A stretch of DNA of 64,000 nt, from contig CBFIAK010000001.1 of the NCBI GenBank assembly GCA_965660445.1, forward strand, positions 512,001 through 576,000. Reading direction: 5' to 3'. Within the stretch, counting starts at the first letter, position 1. Each line of letters opens with the position of its first letter. The stretch is from Patescibacteria group bacterium. Its GTDB lineage: Bacteria; Patescibacteriota; Gracilibacteria; UBA4473. Positions 1 through 10,064 of this stretch are shown here, one piece after another. The notes beneath the pieces are model-generated. The model was not told the origin of the DNA, ran no database searches, and was given only the letters and a program-made list of their open reading frames with translations. A program made the position numbers and the translations under genes.

Positions 1-1
1 T

Positions 2-316
2 GTTTTATCACAAAAAGCGAATATTCATGTATTTGTTGCTGCTACTGGAGAACTTGGGAAAAAAACATCGCTTCCGCTTTTAACTCAATTACGCAATAAA
101 GGGTTTAATGCCGTTGGGAATTTAGGGAAAACATCTATTGAAAACACACTGAAACGAGCTCAAAAAACAAAAACACCATTAGTATTATTACTTGGTGATC
201 AAGAAGTACGGCAAAATAAGCTTGTAGTGCGTCATTTAGAAACGGGGCGAAAAAAAGAAATTGCAATGGATCAAGCTTTATCGTATGTGAAAGATTTTTT
301 TGCGGAACGAAAATAG
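2..316 (+). CDS. hisS: Histidyl-tRNA synthetase, C-terminal anticodon-binding domain (5'-truncated by window)
   Basis: Frame 2 is open from the window start: ...IHVFVAATGELGKKTSLPLLTQLRNKGF...LKRAQKTKTPLVLLLGDQEVRQNKLVVRHLETGRKKEI...TAG, an HGTP anticodon-binding pattern; absent from the ORF track because the start lies outside the window. Confidence 0.8.
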   Translation, partial: VLSQKANIHVFVAATGELGKKTSLPLLTQLRNKGFNAVGNLGKTSIENTLKRAQKTKTPLVLLLGDQEVRQNKLVVRHLETGRKKEIAMDQALSYVKDFFAERK

Positions 317-353
317 TTTTTTTTCTGAAGAAAAAAACATACAATACGCCTAC

Positions 354-959
354 ATGAATGTTTTACCTTCGCCAATTCAAGACGCTATAGAAAGTTTGTC
401 GTGTTTACCGGGTATCGGAAAACGGAGTGCTGAACGGCTTGTGTTAGCATTGCTTCAGAATAAGTCATCACTCGATCAGAAAATAGCACAGAGTATTGGA
501 AGTTTAAAATCTTCTATTCGGGAATGTGATTTCTGTGCTCATTATGCAGAAGATCATATATGTGGTATTTGTAGTGATAGTCGTCGGCGATCGGATCAAA
601 TATGTATTGTTGAGTCACCTTTAGATGTTGTAGCGCTCGAACGATGCCATGAATACAAAGGGCGATATGTTGTGCTTCATGGGGTTCTTTCTCCACTCAA
701 TAAAATACGTCCTGATGATTTAAGAATTGATGTACTATTGAACCGATTGCAAACAGATCCTCCACAAGAAATTATTTTTGCGCTTCCCTCCACAACAGAA
801 GGGGAGGCAACATCCTTATTTTTAATGGAACGCATTGAGTCTTTATTCTCTGGAACTATCACGCGATTGTCTCGAGGTATTCCATCGGGAGGAGATCTTG
901 ATTATTTAGATATTGGAACTATTGGACGAGCTTTGCTTGATAGACGACCTTTTGTGTAA
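354..959 (+). CDS. recR: Recombination mediator RecR
   Basis: LPGIGKRSAERL HhH, CDFC..CGIC zinc finger, ICIVES, YVVLHGVLSP, EGEATS, TRLSRGIPSGGDLDYLD; ATG 354 is the likely start. Confidence 0.95.
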   Translation: MNVLPSPIQDAIESLSCLPGIGKRSAERLVLALLQNKSSLDQKIAQSIGSLKSSIRECDFCAHYAEDHICGICSDSRRRSDQICIVESPLDVVALERCHEYKGRYVVLHGVLSPLNKIRPDDLRIDVLLNRLQTDPPQEIIFALPSTTEGEATSLFLMERIESLFSGTITRLSRGIPSGGDLDYLDIGTIGRALLDRRPFV

Positions 960-972
960 AAATGGCGAATAA

Positions 973-1001
973 TTGACTTAATATATTTTGCATTGTATAA
1001 T
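973..1001 (+). promoter_or_regulatory. Sigma70-type promoter
   Basis: TTGACT(973-978)-17 bp-TATAAT(996-1001), with ATG 9 nt downstream at 1011. Confidence 0.7.
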
Positions 1002-1010
1002 ATAAGAGAA

Positions 1011-1505
1011 ATGGTGCGTCATAATCACGATTCTGAAAAACAAGAATATCGAGAAGGAATGGAGAATCAGTCTCCAGAAAATCTCAGTGTTTTTGATGAA
1101 GCATTATCGACTCCGAGTGAACGTGTGTCGCAAGTTGTAGGAACGAACCCTGCGGAAGAGAGTCGTGGGAACGCTTCTTCGAATGGGATGGCTAAAGATC
1201 TGTCTTTTTTTGATTCTGTTTCTCATCGTATAAACCGATTATTAACGAGTTCTGATTCGAAAGCGAGTTTTGAAAAAATGACTCGAAAAGAGCAAGAGCA
1301 GGTGGTCTATTCTTATCTAAAAAAAGAACAGGATGAACTGATTCAAGAGTCACGAAAAATAGAAAATAGCCGTTATTTCTCTGCGAGTAAATTTGAAAAA
1401 GTATTACAGCGTATACGAATACTACAACAAACAATGTCTGAGCTTATAGATATGACATTTGATCAATTGCAATCTCTGTATAACCGATATATATTAAAAC
1501 GCTAA
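1011..1505 (+). CDS. Hypothetical protein (disordered N-terminus, helical C-terminus)
   Basis: 164-aa ORF directly behind a consensus promoter; no family recognised. Confidence 0.65.
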   Translation: MVRHNHDSEKQEYREGMENQSPENLSVFDEALSTPSERVSQVVGTNPAEESRGNASSNGMAKDLSFFDSVSHRINRLLTSSDSKASFEKMTRKEQEQVVYSYLKKEQDELIQESRKIENSRYFSASKFEKVLQRIRILQQTMSELIDMTFDQLQSLYNRYILKR

Positions 1506-2368
1506 GAGAGGGTTGCTTGTTCGGCAGCAAGAATTGTATTTTCTAGCAAGCTTATAACCGTCATTGGTCCGACGCCTTTTGGAACAGGTGTTATTGCTGA
1601 TACCAAAGGTTTAACTGATTCAAAATCAATGTCTCCCACGAGTTTATTATCTATTCGATTGATACCCACATCAATAAGAATACTTTTTGGTTTTATAAAA
1701 GATGCATCTACAAATTTAGGTTTTCCAATAGCTGATATGAGTATATCGGCAGATAGTGTTTCGGTTTTTATATGTTGAGTATAGCTATGACAAATCGTTA
1801 CGGTTGCATTTTTTTGTAGGAGCAGGAGTGCGAGTGGAAGTCCAACAATATGAGATCGTCCCAGAATAACTATTTTTTTCCCTTCCACTGAAATATCATA
1901 GGCGTCAAGGAGTCGGAGTATCCCTTTTGGAGTACAAGGAGTAACACGATGATGAGAAAGAGTGAGTGTCCCAGTGTTTATAACGCCAAATCCATCAATA
2001 TCCTTTTCAGGGGTTATAGAATTTAATAAATCAAAAGAAGAGAGATGCGATGGAATAGGCAGTTGTAAGAGTATGCCGTGTACGTACGGATCTTTATTGA
2101 GTGTTTGAATATGGTCTTGTAATTGTGACCATGAGATAGAAGTGGGAAACTCATGAATATCAATCTTTATACCCGCTTTTTCTCCCCATAATGCTTTTTG
2201 TCGGACATACGTAGAAGAAGCACTATTATTCCCAATCAGAAGCACAACACATTTTGGTTGTATATTTTTTTTGTTCAATAAAAGAACGCGAGGGATAAGT
2301 TCGTTGTGCAGAATTGATTCCGCAACAGGAGTTCCAGAAAGAAGAGTATAGGTCATAAAATAGTACAA
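1502..2368 (-). CDS. folD: Bifunctional methylene-THF dehydrogenase/cyclohydrolase
   Basis: YVRQK, GILLQLPIP, PEKDIDG, PCTPKG, GRSHIVGLP, IDVGIN, LVGDIDF, TPVPKGVGPMT; start may be ATG ~2356. Confidence 0.96.
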   Translation of the reverse strand: MYYFMTYTLLSGTPVAESILHNELIPRVLLLNKKNIQPKCVVLLIGNNSASSTYVRQKALWGEKAGIKIDIHEFPTSISWSQLQDHIQTLNKDPYVHGILLQLPIPSHLSSFDLLNSITPEKDIDGFGVINTGTLTLSHHRVTPCTPKGILRLLDAYDISVEGKKIVILGRSHIVGLPLALLLLQKNATVTICHSYTQHIKTETLSADILISAIGKPKFVDASFIKPKSILIDVGINRIDNKLVGDIDFESVKPLVSAITPVPKGVGPMTVISLLENTILAAEQATLS

Positions 2369-2402
2369 TAAACGATTTCTATTCTATTCTCTTTTTAGAA
2401 AC

Positions 2403-2903
2403 TCACAAGTTGATGTTTTCTTTTTTTTGTAGATGTGTTGGAAGAAGTGAGATAATGGTATGAATACGTGTTGTTCGAAATTCAAATGAATTATTGTTTT
2501 TATCGATGACAAGTAGTGTGTGATAGGGAAGAAATGAACGAATATCTTTTGCTTTTGAAACATAAAGAGATTGTATATGAGTAAATGGAAGAAGAATGTC
2601 TTTGTGTGTGTTTTGTTGAAAAAGGATTGATGAGTTGCTTATAACTAACGTTTGTTGCGGGTACATATTGAGTATTACGAGAAGGAGGAGTATGAGCGTG
2701 ATATTTTGAAACCAAAATGGAAGAGAAAACAATCCATTATAAAAATAAAACAAATTCATCCAAAAAAAGTACAAGCTTAAAAGCATAAGTGGTACAAAAC
2801 ACAGCCTCGTTATAATAAAATCATAAAAAGGATGTGTTCTATTGTGAGCATCTCTATATTCGTAGTTATGCTCACGAAACCAAAGTGGATGCTCTTGAGT
2901 CAT
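2403..2903 (-). CDS. Hypothetical membrane protein (2 TM plus soluble C-terminal domain)
   Basis: Two hydrophobic segments; ATG 2903 lies 6 nt after TATAAT. Confidence 0.6.
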   Translation of the reverse strand: MTQEHPLWFREHNYEYRDAHNRTHPFYDFIITRLCFVPLMLLSLYFFWMNLFYFYNGLFSLPFWFQNITLILLLLVILNMYPQQTLVISNSSILFQQNTHKDILLPFTHIQSLYVSKAKDIRSFLPYHTLLVIDKNNNSFEFRTTRIHTIISLLPTHLQKKENINL

Positions 2904-2987
2904 CGGTTCATTATACACCTTTTTTATGTTTTATACAATGCCTCTTTTTTTCTTTTAATAAAAAGAAAAGAGTTTTCGAGAAATACA

Positions 2988-3623
2988 TCATAGTTCTTGT
3001 ATAATCATTTCGTGTTCAAACCGTACTTTTTTTCGTTTCTGTGTAGAATCTTCTTCCGATCGATAGCCTATAGCACATACAACACATGGTGCAAGGTTTT
3101 GGGGGTGTAGGTCGAGCACTTTCTTATATCCTTCGGGATCAAATCCTCCAATCGAACAGGTATCAATATGCAGTGTGCTACAAGCGGTTAAAAAGTTTCC
3201 TAAAGCGATAAACACCTGATCTCGAGCCCATGTGTCAACATGTGCTGCTCGAGGACCATGAAGGAGTACATTTTCAATCATATTTTTGTACGCATCAAGT
3301 GTTGATATGTCTTGATTTCGTGTATGAGCGGTGTGTTGAATAAGCGTGTCAATATCTGATTGAGAAAGAGATGTTTTTCGGCAAAAAACAATTAAGTGAG
3401 AGCAATCAGTGATTTGTGGTTGGTCAAAACTGTGTTTTTTGAGCTCTTCTTTTAATGCTTTATTTTCAATAATAAGAAACTTCCATGGTTGCATATTCAG
3501 TGATGATGGAGTAAGCCGCAAGACCTCCTTGAGTATCTGAATATTTTCCGGTGATATTTTTTTGTCGGTATTAAATTTTTTTGTTGCGTATCGCCATTGT
3601 AAATCAGAAAGAATGGAAGACAT
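2988..3623 (-). CDS. NAD(P)H-dependent nitroreductase family protein
   Basis: WRYATKKF, LTPSSLNMQPWKF, QPQITDCSHLIVF, IDTCSIGGFD, AIGYRS, KVRF. Confidence 0.92.
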   Translation of the reverse strand: MSSILSDLQWRYATKKFNTDKKISPENIQILKEVLRLTPSSLNMQPWKFLIIENKALKEELKKHSFDQPQITDCSHLIVFCRKTSLSQSDIDTLIQHTAHTRNQDISTLDAYKNMIENVLLHGPRAAHVDTWARDQVFIALGNFLTACSTLHIDTCSIGGFDPEGYKKVLDLHPQNLAPCVVCAIGYRSEEDSTQKRKKVRFEHEMIIQEL

Positions 3624-3760
3624 GAATGTTTGTATAAAAAACAGTTGTAGAGTACACCAAAAGAAATCAAAAACAATCTTTTTTTGTTCGTGCAATGAGT
3701 TTTCATTGAAAGAAATAGCTTATTTCTGCATAATAATGGTGCATAAAAAAACAAACACTC

Positions 3761-5437
3761 ATGACCAAACATTCTTCAGCTTCAGCTTTACATGTTGCGT
3801 ATTTTTCAATGGAGTTTGCGGTTGACCATCGCATACCCAATTATGCAGGAGGATTAGGAGTTTTGGCAGCGGACTATATGTTTTCTATTGCTGATATGCA
3901 GTATAATGCCGCAGGAGTATCACTTATTTATCATCAAGATTCAAACCCAGATATGGCATTTTATCCAGAATCGTTTATGAAACGATTACCGCAAACGGTT
4001 CTTGTGGACATTGAAGGGCGAGGGGTGCATGTCGGGGTATATCAATACGATGTTGTATCTCCTTTACACGGAAAAACAAAACCTATTTATTTTTTAACAA
4101 CCAATATTCCTGAAAATAAGGAGTGGGATCGTGATATTACAAAAAATCTCTATCCGTCCGATGGATATACACGACTGGCACAAGAAGCTATTTTAGGTAT
4201 TGGTGGAGTCCGAATACTTCGCGCTCTTGGGTACGAAACTATTGATACATTTCATCTCAATGAAGGGCATGCAGCGTTATTAACACTGGAGGTATTAAGA
4301 GAAAACCATTATCAAGATGCACAAGTAAAAGAGCAGTGTTGTTTTACAACTCATACTCCAGTAGCGGCGGGGCATGATTATTTTGATTACTCTGAGGCGT
4401 ATCGAGTCATTGGCAATATGATGCCGTGGCATATTCGAGATATTGCTACTCACGATCGGTTGAGTATGACCCATTTAGCTTTAAACTTAAGTCGAAAAAC
4501 AAATAGTGTATCAGAGAAACACAGGCGAGTATGTGAGGAAATGTTTGGGGGATATTCATTTAAAAATGTAACCAACGGAGTTCATCATATTCGATGGGCA
4601 TCGATATGGATGCAAAAACTTTTTGATTCATATCTTCCTGGGTGGAGAGAAGACCCAAGTATGTTCCGATTGGCTGCAGAAAATTTACCTGATGAAGATT
4701 TATGGACAGCGCATCAAAAATCAAAAAAAGAATGTATCGATTGGATTAATGCTTTTCCGGGATGTTTACAATACGAAGGAGAGGGAGATGATGATGATTA
4801 TTTTGATACTCATACTCTTACTATTGGGTTCGCAAGACGATTTGTGCCTTACAAGCGTCCAGCACTTATTTTTCGAGATTTAGATCGGTTACGAAAATTA
4901 GGATACCGAAAATTACAGTTGGTGTTTGCTGGAAACTGTCACCCAAGTGATGAGTTTTGTGTGATGAAACGAGACGCTATTCGACATTTTGCACAAGAAA
5001 TGCGTGGTCAAGTGCGTATCGCGGTATTACCAGAATACAATACTTTTATTAGTAAAAAAATGGTTACGGGATGTGATATATGGCTTAATAATCCTATTAT
5101 TCCTCGTGAAGCAAGTGGAACGAGTGGTATGAAAGTAGCGCTTAATGGAGGGATAAATCTTTCAATTCGTGATGGTTGGTGGGAAGAGGCGATTGGGATG
5201 AAACCAAATTCAGGTTGGGGATTTGGAAGTGATAGTCGCGTGGATATGAGTGATTTCGAACGGAATCGACTCGACTCTTTGGAACTCTATGATGCCTTGC
5301 AAGAAGCTCTCTCGTGTTATGGGCAACAAGATAAAACACAATGGATATCAAAAATGAAAGAAAGTATTAGCCTTCTTGCATTTTTTAATAGTAATCGTGC
5401 CATTGAAGAATACGATTTAAAGATGTGGAAACGCTAA
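3761..5437 (+). CDS. glgP: Alpha-glucan (glycogen/starch) phosphorylase
   Basis: VAYFSMEF, YAGGLGVLAAD, RLAQEAILGIGG, HLNEGH, FTTHTPVAAGHD, VTNGVH, FARRFVPYKR, EASGTSGMK (PLP lysine), DGWW. Confidence 0.95.
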   Translation: MTKHSSASALHVAYFSMEFAVDHRIPNYAGGLGVLAADYMFSIADMQYNAAGVSLIYHQDSNPDMAFYPESFMKRLPQTVLVDIEGRGVHVGVYQYDVVSPLHGKTKPIYFLTTNIPENKEWDRDITKNLYPSDGYTRLAQEAILGIGGVRILRALGYETIDTFHLNEGHAALLTLEVLRENHYQDAQVKEQCCFTTHTPVAAGHDYFDYSEAYRVIGNMMPWHIRDIATHDRLSMTHLALNLSRKTNSVSEKHRRVCEEMFGGYSFKNVTNGVHHIRWASIWMQKLFDSYLPGWREDPSMFRLAAENLPDEDLWTAHQKSKKECIDWINAFPGCLQYEGEGDDDDYFDTHTLTIGFARRFVPYKRPALIFRDLDRLRKLGYRKLQLVFAGNCHPSDEFCVMKRDAIRHFAQEMRGQVRIAVLPEYNTFISKKMVTGCDIWLNNPIIPREASGTSGMKVALNGGINLSIRDGWWEEAIGMKPNSGWGFGSDSRVDMSDFERNRLDSLELYDALQEALSCYGQQDKTQWISKMKESISLLAFFNSNRAIEEYDLKMWKR

Positions 5438-5439
5438 AT

Positions 5440-5811
5440 TTATTTCTTTGTTTTTAGGTAAGACTCAACCATGTTGGATATTTCTTGTACCGACGCATTG
5501 GGTTTGTTTATATAGTCATTTGCTCCCATTTTTTTTGCTTTATCAACATCGGTATCTTGGTTAAGGCTTGTAAGCATAATAATAGGAACTCCATCAAACT
5601 TTTTATCTTGTCGTATAATTTCAAGTACTTCAAACCCATTTTTCAGTGGCATAATAACATCGAGCAGTATAATATCAGGATTTTCCGATAACTTATCAAC
5701 CGCTTCTTGTCCGTTTTCCGCAGGGATAACAGTATACCCATCTTTTTCAAGTCTGGCTTTGCTAATTTTTCGAAGAAATGTATCGTCTTCTGCAAGAAGT
5801 ACTTTGCTCAT
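5440..5811 (-). CDS. Single-domain response regulator (CheY-like receiver)
   Basis: VLLAEDD, PDIILLDVIMP..NGFEVL, PIIMLTS, GANDYINK. Confidence 0.93.
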   Translation of the reverse strand: MSKVLLAEDDTFLRKISKARLEKDGYTVIPAENGQEAVDKLSENPDIILLDVIMPLKNGFEVLEIIRQDKKFDGVPIIMLTSLNQDTDVDKAKKMGANDYINKPNASVQEISNMVESYLKTKK

Positions 5812-5881
5812 ATAAAAAGATATATCAATCGCCTCATTATAGCGTATTTTTAAGAAAAAATCAATGAAAGTAGAATCTCTT

Positions 5882-5919
5882 AAAAAAAAGAACCTGATAC
5901 GGTAATCGTATCAGGTTCT
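5882..5919 (-). terminator. Intrinsic terminator after pilin 1
   Basis: 13-bp stem AGAACCTGATACG/CGTATCAGGTTCT followed by a U-run on the minus strand. Confidence 0.85.
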
Positions 5920-5945
5920 CTGGTTGTGTTTGTGTGATAAACCAA

Positions 5946-6632
5946 TTATCGCATTACACTGATTTCAGGAATTGGTGCTCCTCCCCCTGGTCCTTCTCCT
6001 TCAACTTGACAAGAAAGTAATTGAAGTGATCCATTTGCAAGCCGTGCAAAACCATATCGACTTACATCATCAGTTCCTGTTGATGGGTCTCGTGGTACTT
6101 GTGCAATATATCCTGACGTCGCAATTTCTGAAATATCAAGACAAAAAGCATCAGTGGTATCATCCGTTGCATTTGCATCATGGAATGCACTTTGATTATC
6201 TCCTCCTACATCGACATTTAAAGCAACACCAAGTGCGTCACAGTTATCAAGGGTATGATCAACTTCTCCAGCAGCTGGGGCATTTACTGCTCCTGTGTGT
6301 CCTGCTGGTGTTGCATCTCCTGCTGGATCTGTAGTATCGTAAGTTGAGTTGATGTCTCCATCTTCACAAGTTCCGATCATATAATAAGCTGTATCTGAAA
6401 GCGGAAGAGCATTGATAGTCGCGATATGATCCCCACTGTTATCCACTTGGTATTGGATAATAGCCTGAAGCATGGTCGCAATATCGGTCGACCGTCGAGA
6501 GTTACGAGATTGATTTAACCGTCTTGCCGGATCAACCGCTACGAAAATCGCAGCTGCTAAGATCGCGATAATGGCAATCACGATAATCAACTCAATAAGC
6601 GTAAACGCTGATTGTTTGTGTGTATTTTTCAT
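5946..6632 (-). CDS. Type IV major pilin-like protein (paralog 1)
   Basis: Class III signal QSA|FTLIELIIVIAIIAILAAAIFVAVDP; YIAQVPRDP; four Cys. Confidence 0.9.
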   Translation of the reverse strand: MKNTHKQSAFTLIELIIVIAIIAILAAAIFVAVDPARRLNQSRNSRRSTDIATMLQAIIQYQVDNSGDHIATINALPLSDTAYYMIGTCEDGDINSTYDTTDPAGDATPAGHTGAVNAPAAGEVDHTLDNCDALGVALNVDVGGDNQSAFHDANATDDTTDAFCLDISEIATSGYIAQVPRDPSTGTDDVSRYGFARLANGSLQLLSCQVEGEGPGGGAPIPEISVMR

Positions 6633-6752
6633 GGTGAAAAAAATATTAAAAAATAAGACACATTCACTCTACAAAAAGAGTTCTTAAAAATCAAATTATT
6701 TATAAAAAACGCCTTGCTAAAAAGAAAAAAGTGTATAAAAAATATAAACAAT

Positions 6753-6785
6753 AAAAAAAACTCTCCACGAATAGAGAGTTTTTTT
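6753..6785. terminator. Intrinsic terminator between the two pilin genes
   Basis: A8-CTCTC-loop-GAGAG-T7 hairpin. Confidence 0.65.
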
Positions 6786-6805
6786 ATTCTGCCTCTTTTA
6801 TATTT

Positions 6806-7429
6806 TTATCGTAATACTTCTATTACAGGAGGAGTTCCTGTTCCTCCATCGCCTTCGCCTTCTGCATCACACGATCCAAAAGTGATGGCGTTATTTGTAT
6901 TTTTTCGAATATAGTATCCCGTTCCCGTGTTGAGTGCATCAGCCACGGTTCGGCTTGGATCAATAGGAATGAGTCCAATGTATCCAGAATCAACGAGTTC
7001 TTGCACTTCAATACAATCAGGGTTTATCCCCGGAGAATCAGTACCTGGATTGTATCCTACATCATTTGTGTATTCTCGCCCAAGAGTGACTGATAAATAA
7101 GGACATACGGCTGTTTGAGCTGGAATTGTTCCGTCACAGGCATTAACTCCAGTGTTTGTGTCTGCTGCAATAACGTAGTAATCGGTATCATCAGCGGTGA
7201 CTAAAGCCGAAACGGCAGGAACGTGTGTTCCGAGTCCATCTACTTGGTATTGAAGCAGTGCATTCAGCATTGCCGTTACATCTGTATTTCGGCGAGAATT
7301 TCGCGATTGGTTTAATCGTCTTGCCGGATCCACTGCTACAAAAATAGAAGCCGCTAAAATCGCGATAATAGCAATCACGATAATGAGCTCGATAAGTGTA
7401 AACCCAAGTGTTTTTTGTGTGTGTTTCAT
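6806..7429 (-). CDS. Type IV major pilin-like protein (paralog 2)
   Basis: MKHTQKTLG|FTLIELIIVIAIIAILAASIFVAVDP; YIGLIPIDP; ATG 7429. Confidence 0.9.
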   Translation of the reverse strand: MKHTQKTLGFTLIELIIVIAIIAILAASIFVAVDPARRLNQSRNSRRNTDVTAMLNALLQYQVDGLGTHVPAVSALVTADDTDYYVIAADTNTGVNACDGTIPAQTAVCPYLSVTLGREYTNDVGYNPGTDSPGINPDCIEVQELVDSGYIGLIPIDPSRTVADALNTGTGYYIRKNTNNAITFGSCDAEGEGDGGTGTPPVIEVLR

Positions 7430-7578
7430 GATGAAAGAATTACAAAGATTATAATCACTTATCACTATAAATGTCAAAATACAGAAAAGCAAAAAAAAAC
7501 ACTATGTTTCTTATTTTTTTGTGTTTTTATAAAAAAAATATACACTCATGAAAGTATAGATATTTCTTCTTTATTTGT

Positions 7579-8666
7579 ATGCATTCTTTTTCTGATATGT
7601 CATCGGCAGAATTACTTTCTTTGTTAGAAGTTCTTCCTTTTGCCCTTTTGTTGTTTGACGATGAGGGGCGTATTGTTATGGCCAATACTCATATTCAAAA
7701 TACAATTCATCTTGATTTAGGAGCCTCTGATATGCATGATGTATTTTGGTTTTTTCATGTAGCACTTGAAGGAAGTCAAGAAAAACAATCGTTTTTTGAT
7801 ATGCCTCATATAGACAAAGAAGTGTTTCAAAAAAAAGAAAGCGTTGCCTACCATTCATTGCCTATAGAGGGGCGTTATTTTGATATACAAATATTTCCAT
7901 TCCATGATTCTGGAAAAGCAGTGCTTCTTCTCACCGATGTGACACGACTCAAGGAAATTGATGATTTTAAAACGGAGTTTTTATCGATGACATTTCATCA
8001 ACTCAAAACACCACTGGCGGGTATAAATTGGACACTTGATTTATTTTTAAATGGAGAGGTTGGCAATGTCTCTCTCGAACAAAAAGAGTATTTACAAGAA
8101 CTTAAAATCAGAAATAAACGAATGATGAAACTTGTAAACCAATTACTGCATGTCTCACACATTGAATCCGCTCCATTTGTGGCTCGTCCAGAACATATAG
8201 TACTTGAAGATATAGTATCAGAAGCTATTGACGATTTACTGCCGTTGCTTAAGGAAAAGAAAACAACACTTCATTTCACACCTTCACATCAAAAACACAG
8301 TGTATTTTTAGATCAAAACTTACTCTATCAGGTAATTCATAATTTACTCACGAATGCTATTCGATATTCTTCGGGAAATGAAAATGCACTCGTGTCAGTT
8401 GATATTCAAGAACAAAACGATATGTATACAATACAAGTAAAAGATAACGGTATTGGTATTCCTGAACAAGCTCAAAAAGATGTATTTAAGAAATTTTTTC
8501 GTGCCGATAATGCTCAAAAAAAAGAAACCGATGGAACGGGTTTGGACTCTATATTGTTGAAAAAATAGTTCAGTTTTGTGGAGGATCTATTTGGCTTGAA
8601 TCTCAAGAAAAAAAGGGTACTTCGTTTTTTGTGTCTTTTCCAAAGACATCAGAAATGGACCTTTAG
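7579..8666 (+). pseudogene. Cytoplasmic PAS-type sensor histidine kinase with a -1 frameshift in the G2 box
   Basis: H-box FHQLKTPL, N-box NLLTNAIRYS, DNGIGIP, FKKFFRA; frame 0 ends GTGLDSILLKK* (8568), while the -1 frame from ~8544 reads GLYIVEKIVQFCGGSIWLESQEKKGTSFFVSFP..* (8666). Confidence 0.85.
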
Positions 8667-9673
8667 TGAAGTTTTATAGGCGTGTTTTTTTCCATAAAAT
8701 TCATAGTAAAACTCTGCGGTTCAAATGTTTGCAGAGCCCCTCCTAAACAGATATTAAAATCACTTGGTGCATATCGCTTTGTTTCTGGAACCATTTTAAA
8801 TCGGTCTATTGTTTTCACAGGAATGCTGTGTTTTTTCCCGATAGATTCAACTGCTTGTGATACATCATCGGGTATTTTTTTTGTTTTACTACATATGTAA
8901 ATAGTGGAGACTTTCTTGGTGTTCTGTTTTTCAAAATTATCAAACGATTCTATAGATTGATCTAAATCAGATTCTAGTATTTGCCCTGGACTGCGCACAT
9001 GTTTTATTTTTCGGTCAATAATACTGCTATCCACTAAATGATCATTCACCAGACCAAACCAAGAAATACGTTCTGGTAGAACATGAATGACAATACACCC
9101 TTTTATTTGACCTTCTTTGATGTACATATTGCGCAACAAACTACAGTATTCTGGTTCAATCGCAACAGGTTTTAGTTTGCATTGTTTTAAGAAATCATAA
9201 TATTCTTCCACTATTTCAGAAGCAACAGCAGAAATAGAACAAACTGTTTGGTTTCCATGAGTAGTAACCAAATATTTATAGTTTAGGTCTTCGAACGGAA
9301 TCGGGACATTTGACCGTATTTTTTGTTCAATCATATCATCCATAGAAACATACTTCTTTTTTGCTCCTTTTTTAGGTGGCGGTGGTGGAGTCTCAACTCG
9401 AAAAAAGAACTCAAAAGTTTGATCCGCGGGTAAGATAAGAATGCAATTTTTCGCTTCTATTTTTTTAACTCGCAACTGCATCTTTCGAGCTACTGCTGCT
9501 GGATTTACCAATATATTGTTTTTAAACTGGTTTTCGGGAAGGGTTATGTTTTCTGTGTATACTACTTCTCGAGCGCCGACTTCATTAATCATAACACCTG
9601 CGACCTGAATGGAATTTTCATTCGGGTAGACGCTAAAAATATCTTTTCCAAAAATTTTATGTATAATTTTCAT
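8663..9673 (-). CDS. PilM-like actin-fold pilus assembly protein (divergent)
   Basis: VPIPFEDLNYKY, VASEIVEEYYDFLKQCKLKPVAIEPE, ICLGGAL; last gene of the minor-pilin operon. Confidence 0.65.
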   Translation of the reverse strand: MKIIHKIFGKDIFSVYPNENSIQVAGVMINEVGAREVVYTENITLPENQFKNNILVNPAAVARKMQLRVKKIEAKNCILILPADQTFEFFFRVETPPPPPKKGAKKKYVSMDDMIEQKIRSNVPIPFEDLNYKYLVTTHGNQTVCSISAVASEIVEEYYDFLKQCKLKPVAIEPEYCSLLRNMYIKEGQIKGCIVIHVLPERISWFGLVNDHLVDSSIIDRKIKHVRSPGQILESDLDQSIESFDNFEKQNTKKVSTIYICSKTKKIPDDVSQAVESIGKKHSIPVKTIDRFKMVPETKRYAPSDFNICLGGALQTFEPQSFTMNFMEKNTPIKLH

Positions 9674-9677
9674 TTTT

Positions 9678-10061
9678 TTAATCAGCAGTCCAAGAAATAA
9701 TTTCTATAGCAGAAGATATATCAACATCGGCAACAATTTGTTTTGCATACATTCCTTGTGTATGAGCAAATGTGCGTATTCGTTTTTGGTCAACATCAAG
9801 ATCCGTTACTTCTATGATACAAAAAACATCATTAAAATAAAAACTTTCTCCTGTATAATCATGGTTTCCATTGAGTTTGAGGAGTGCCTCTTCCATACAA
9901 GCTTCTACCGTATGGCGAACTTCCATAAGCATCGTTTCATGAAGGAGTGTTTGCTCTCTTTCTATGTTTTGCAATGCCAAATTAATACTCATGGTGGTTA
10001 TGAATGTAGAGAGAATGAGGACGATAGCGAGTGTTGAAATACCGTGACGTTGAGAATACAT
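9678..10061 (-). CDS. PilX-like minor pilin
   Basis: RHG|ISTLAIVLIL lacking Glu5; VEACMEEALLKL; operon context. Confidence 0.7.
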   Translation of the reverse strand: MYSQRHGISTLAIVLILSTFITTMSINLALQNIEREQTLLHETMLMEVRHTVEACMEEALLKLNGNHDYTGESFYFNDVFCIIEVTDLDVDQKRIRTFAHTQGMYAKQIVADVDISSAIEIISWTAD

Positions 10062-10064
10062 GTA

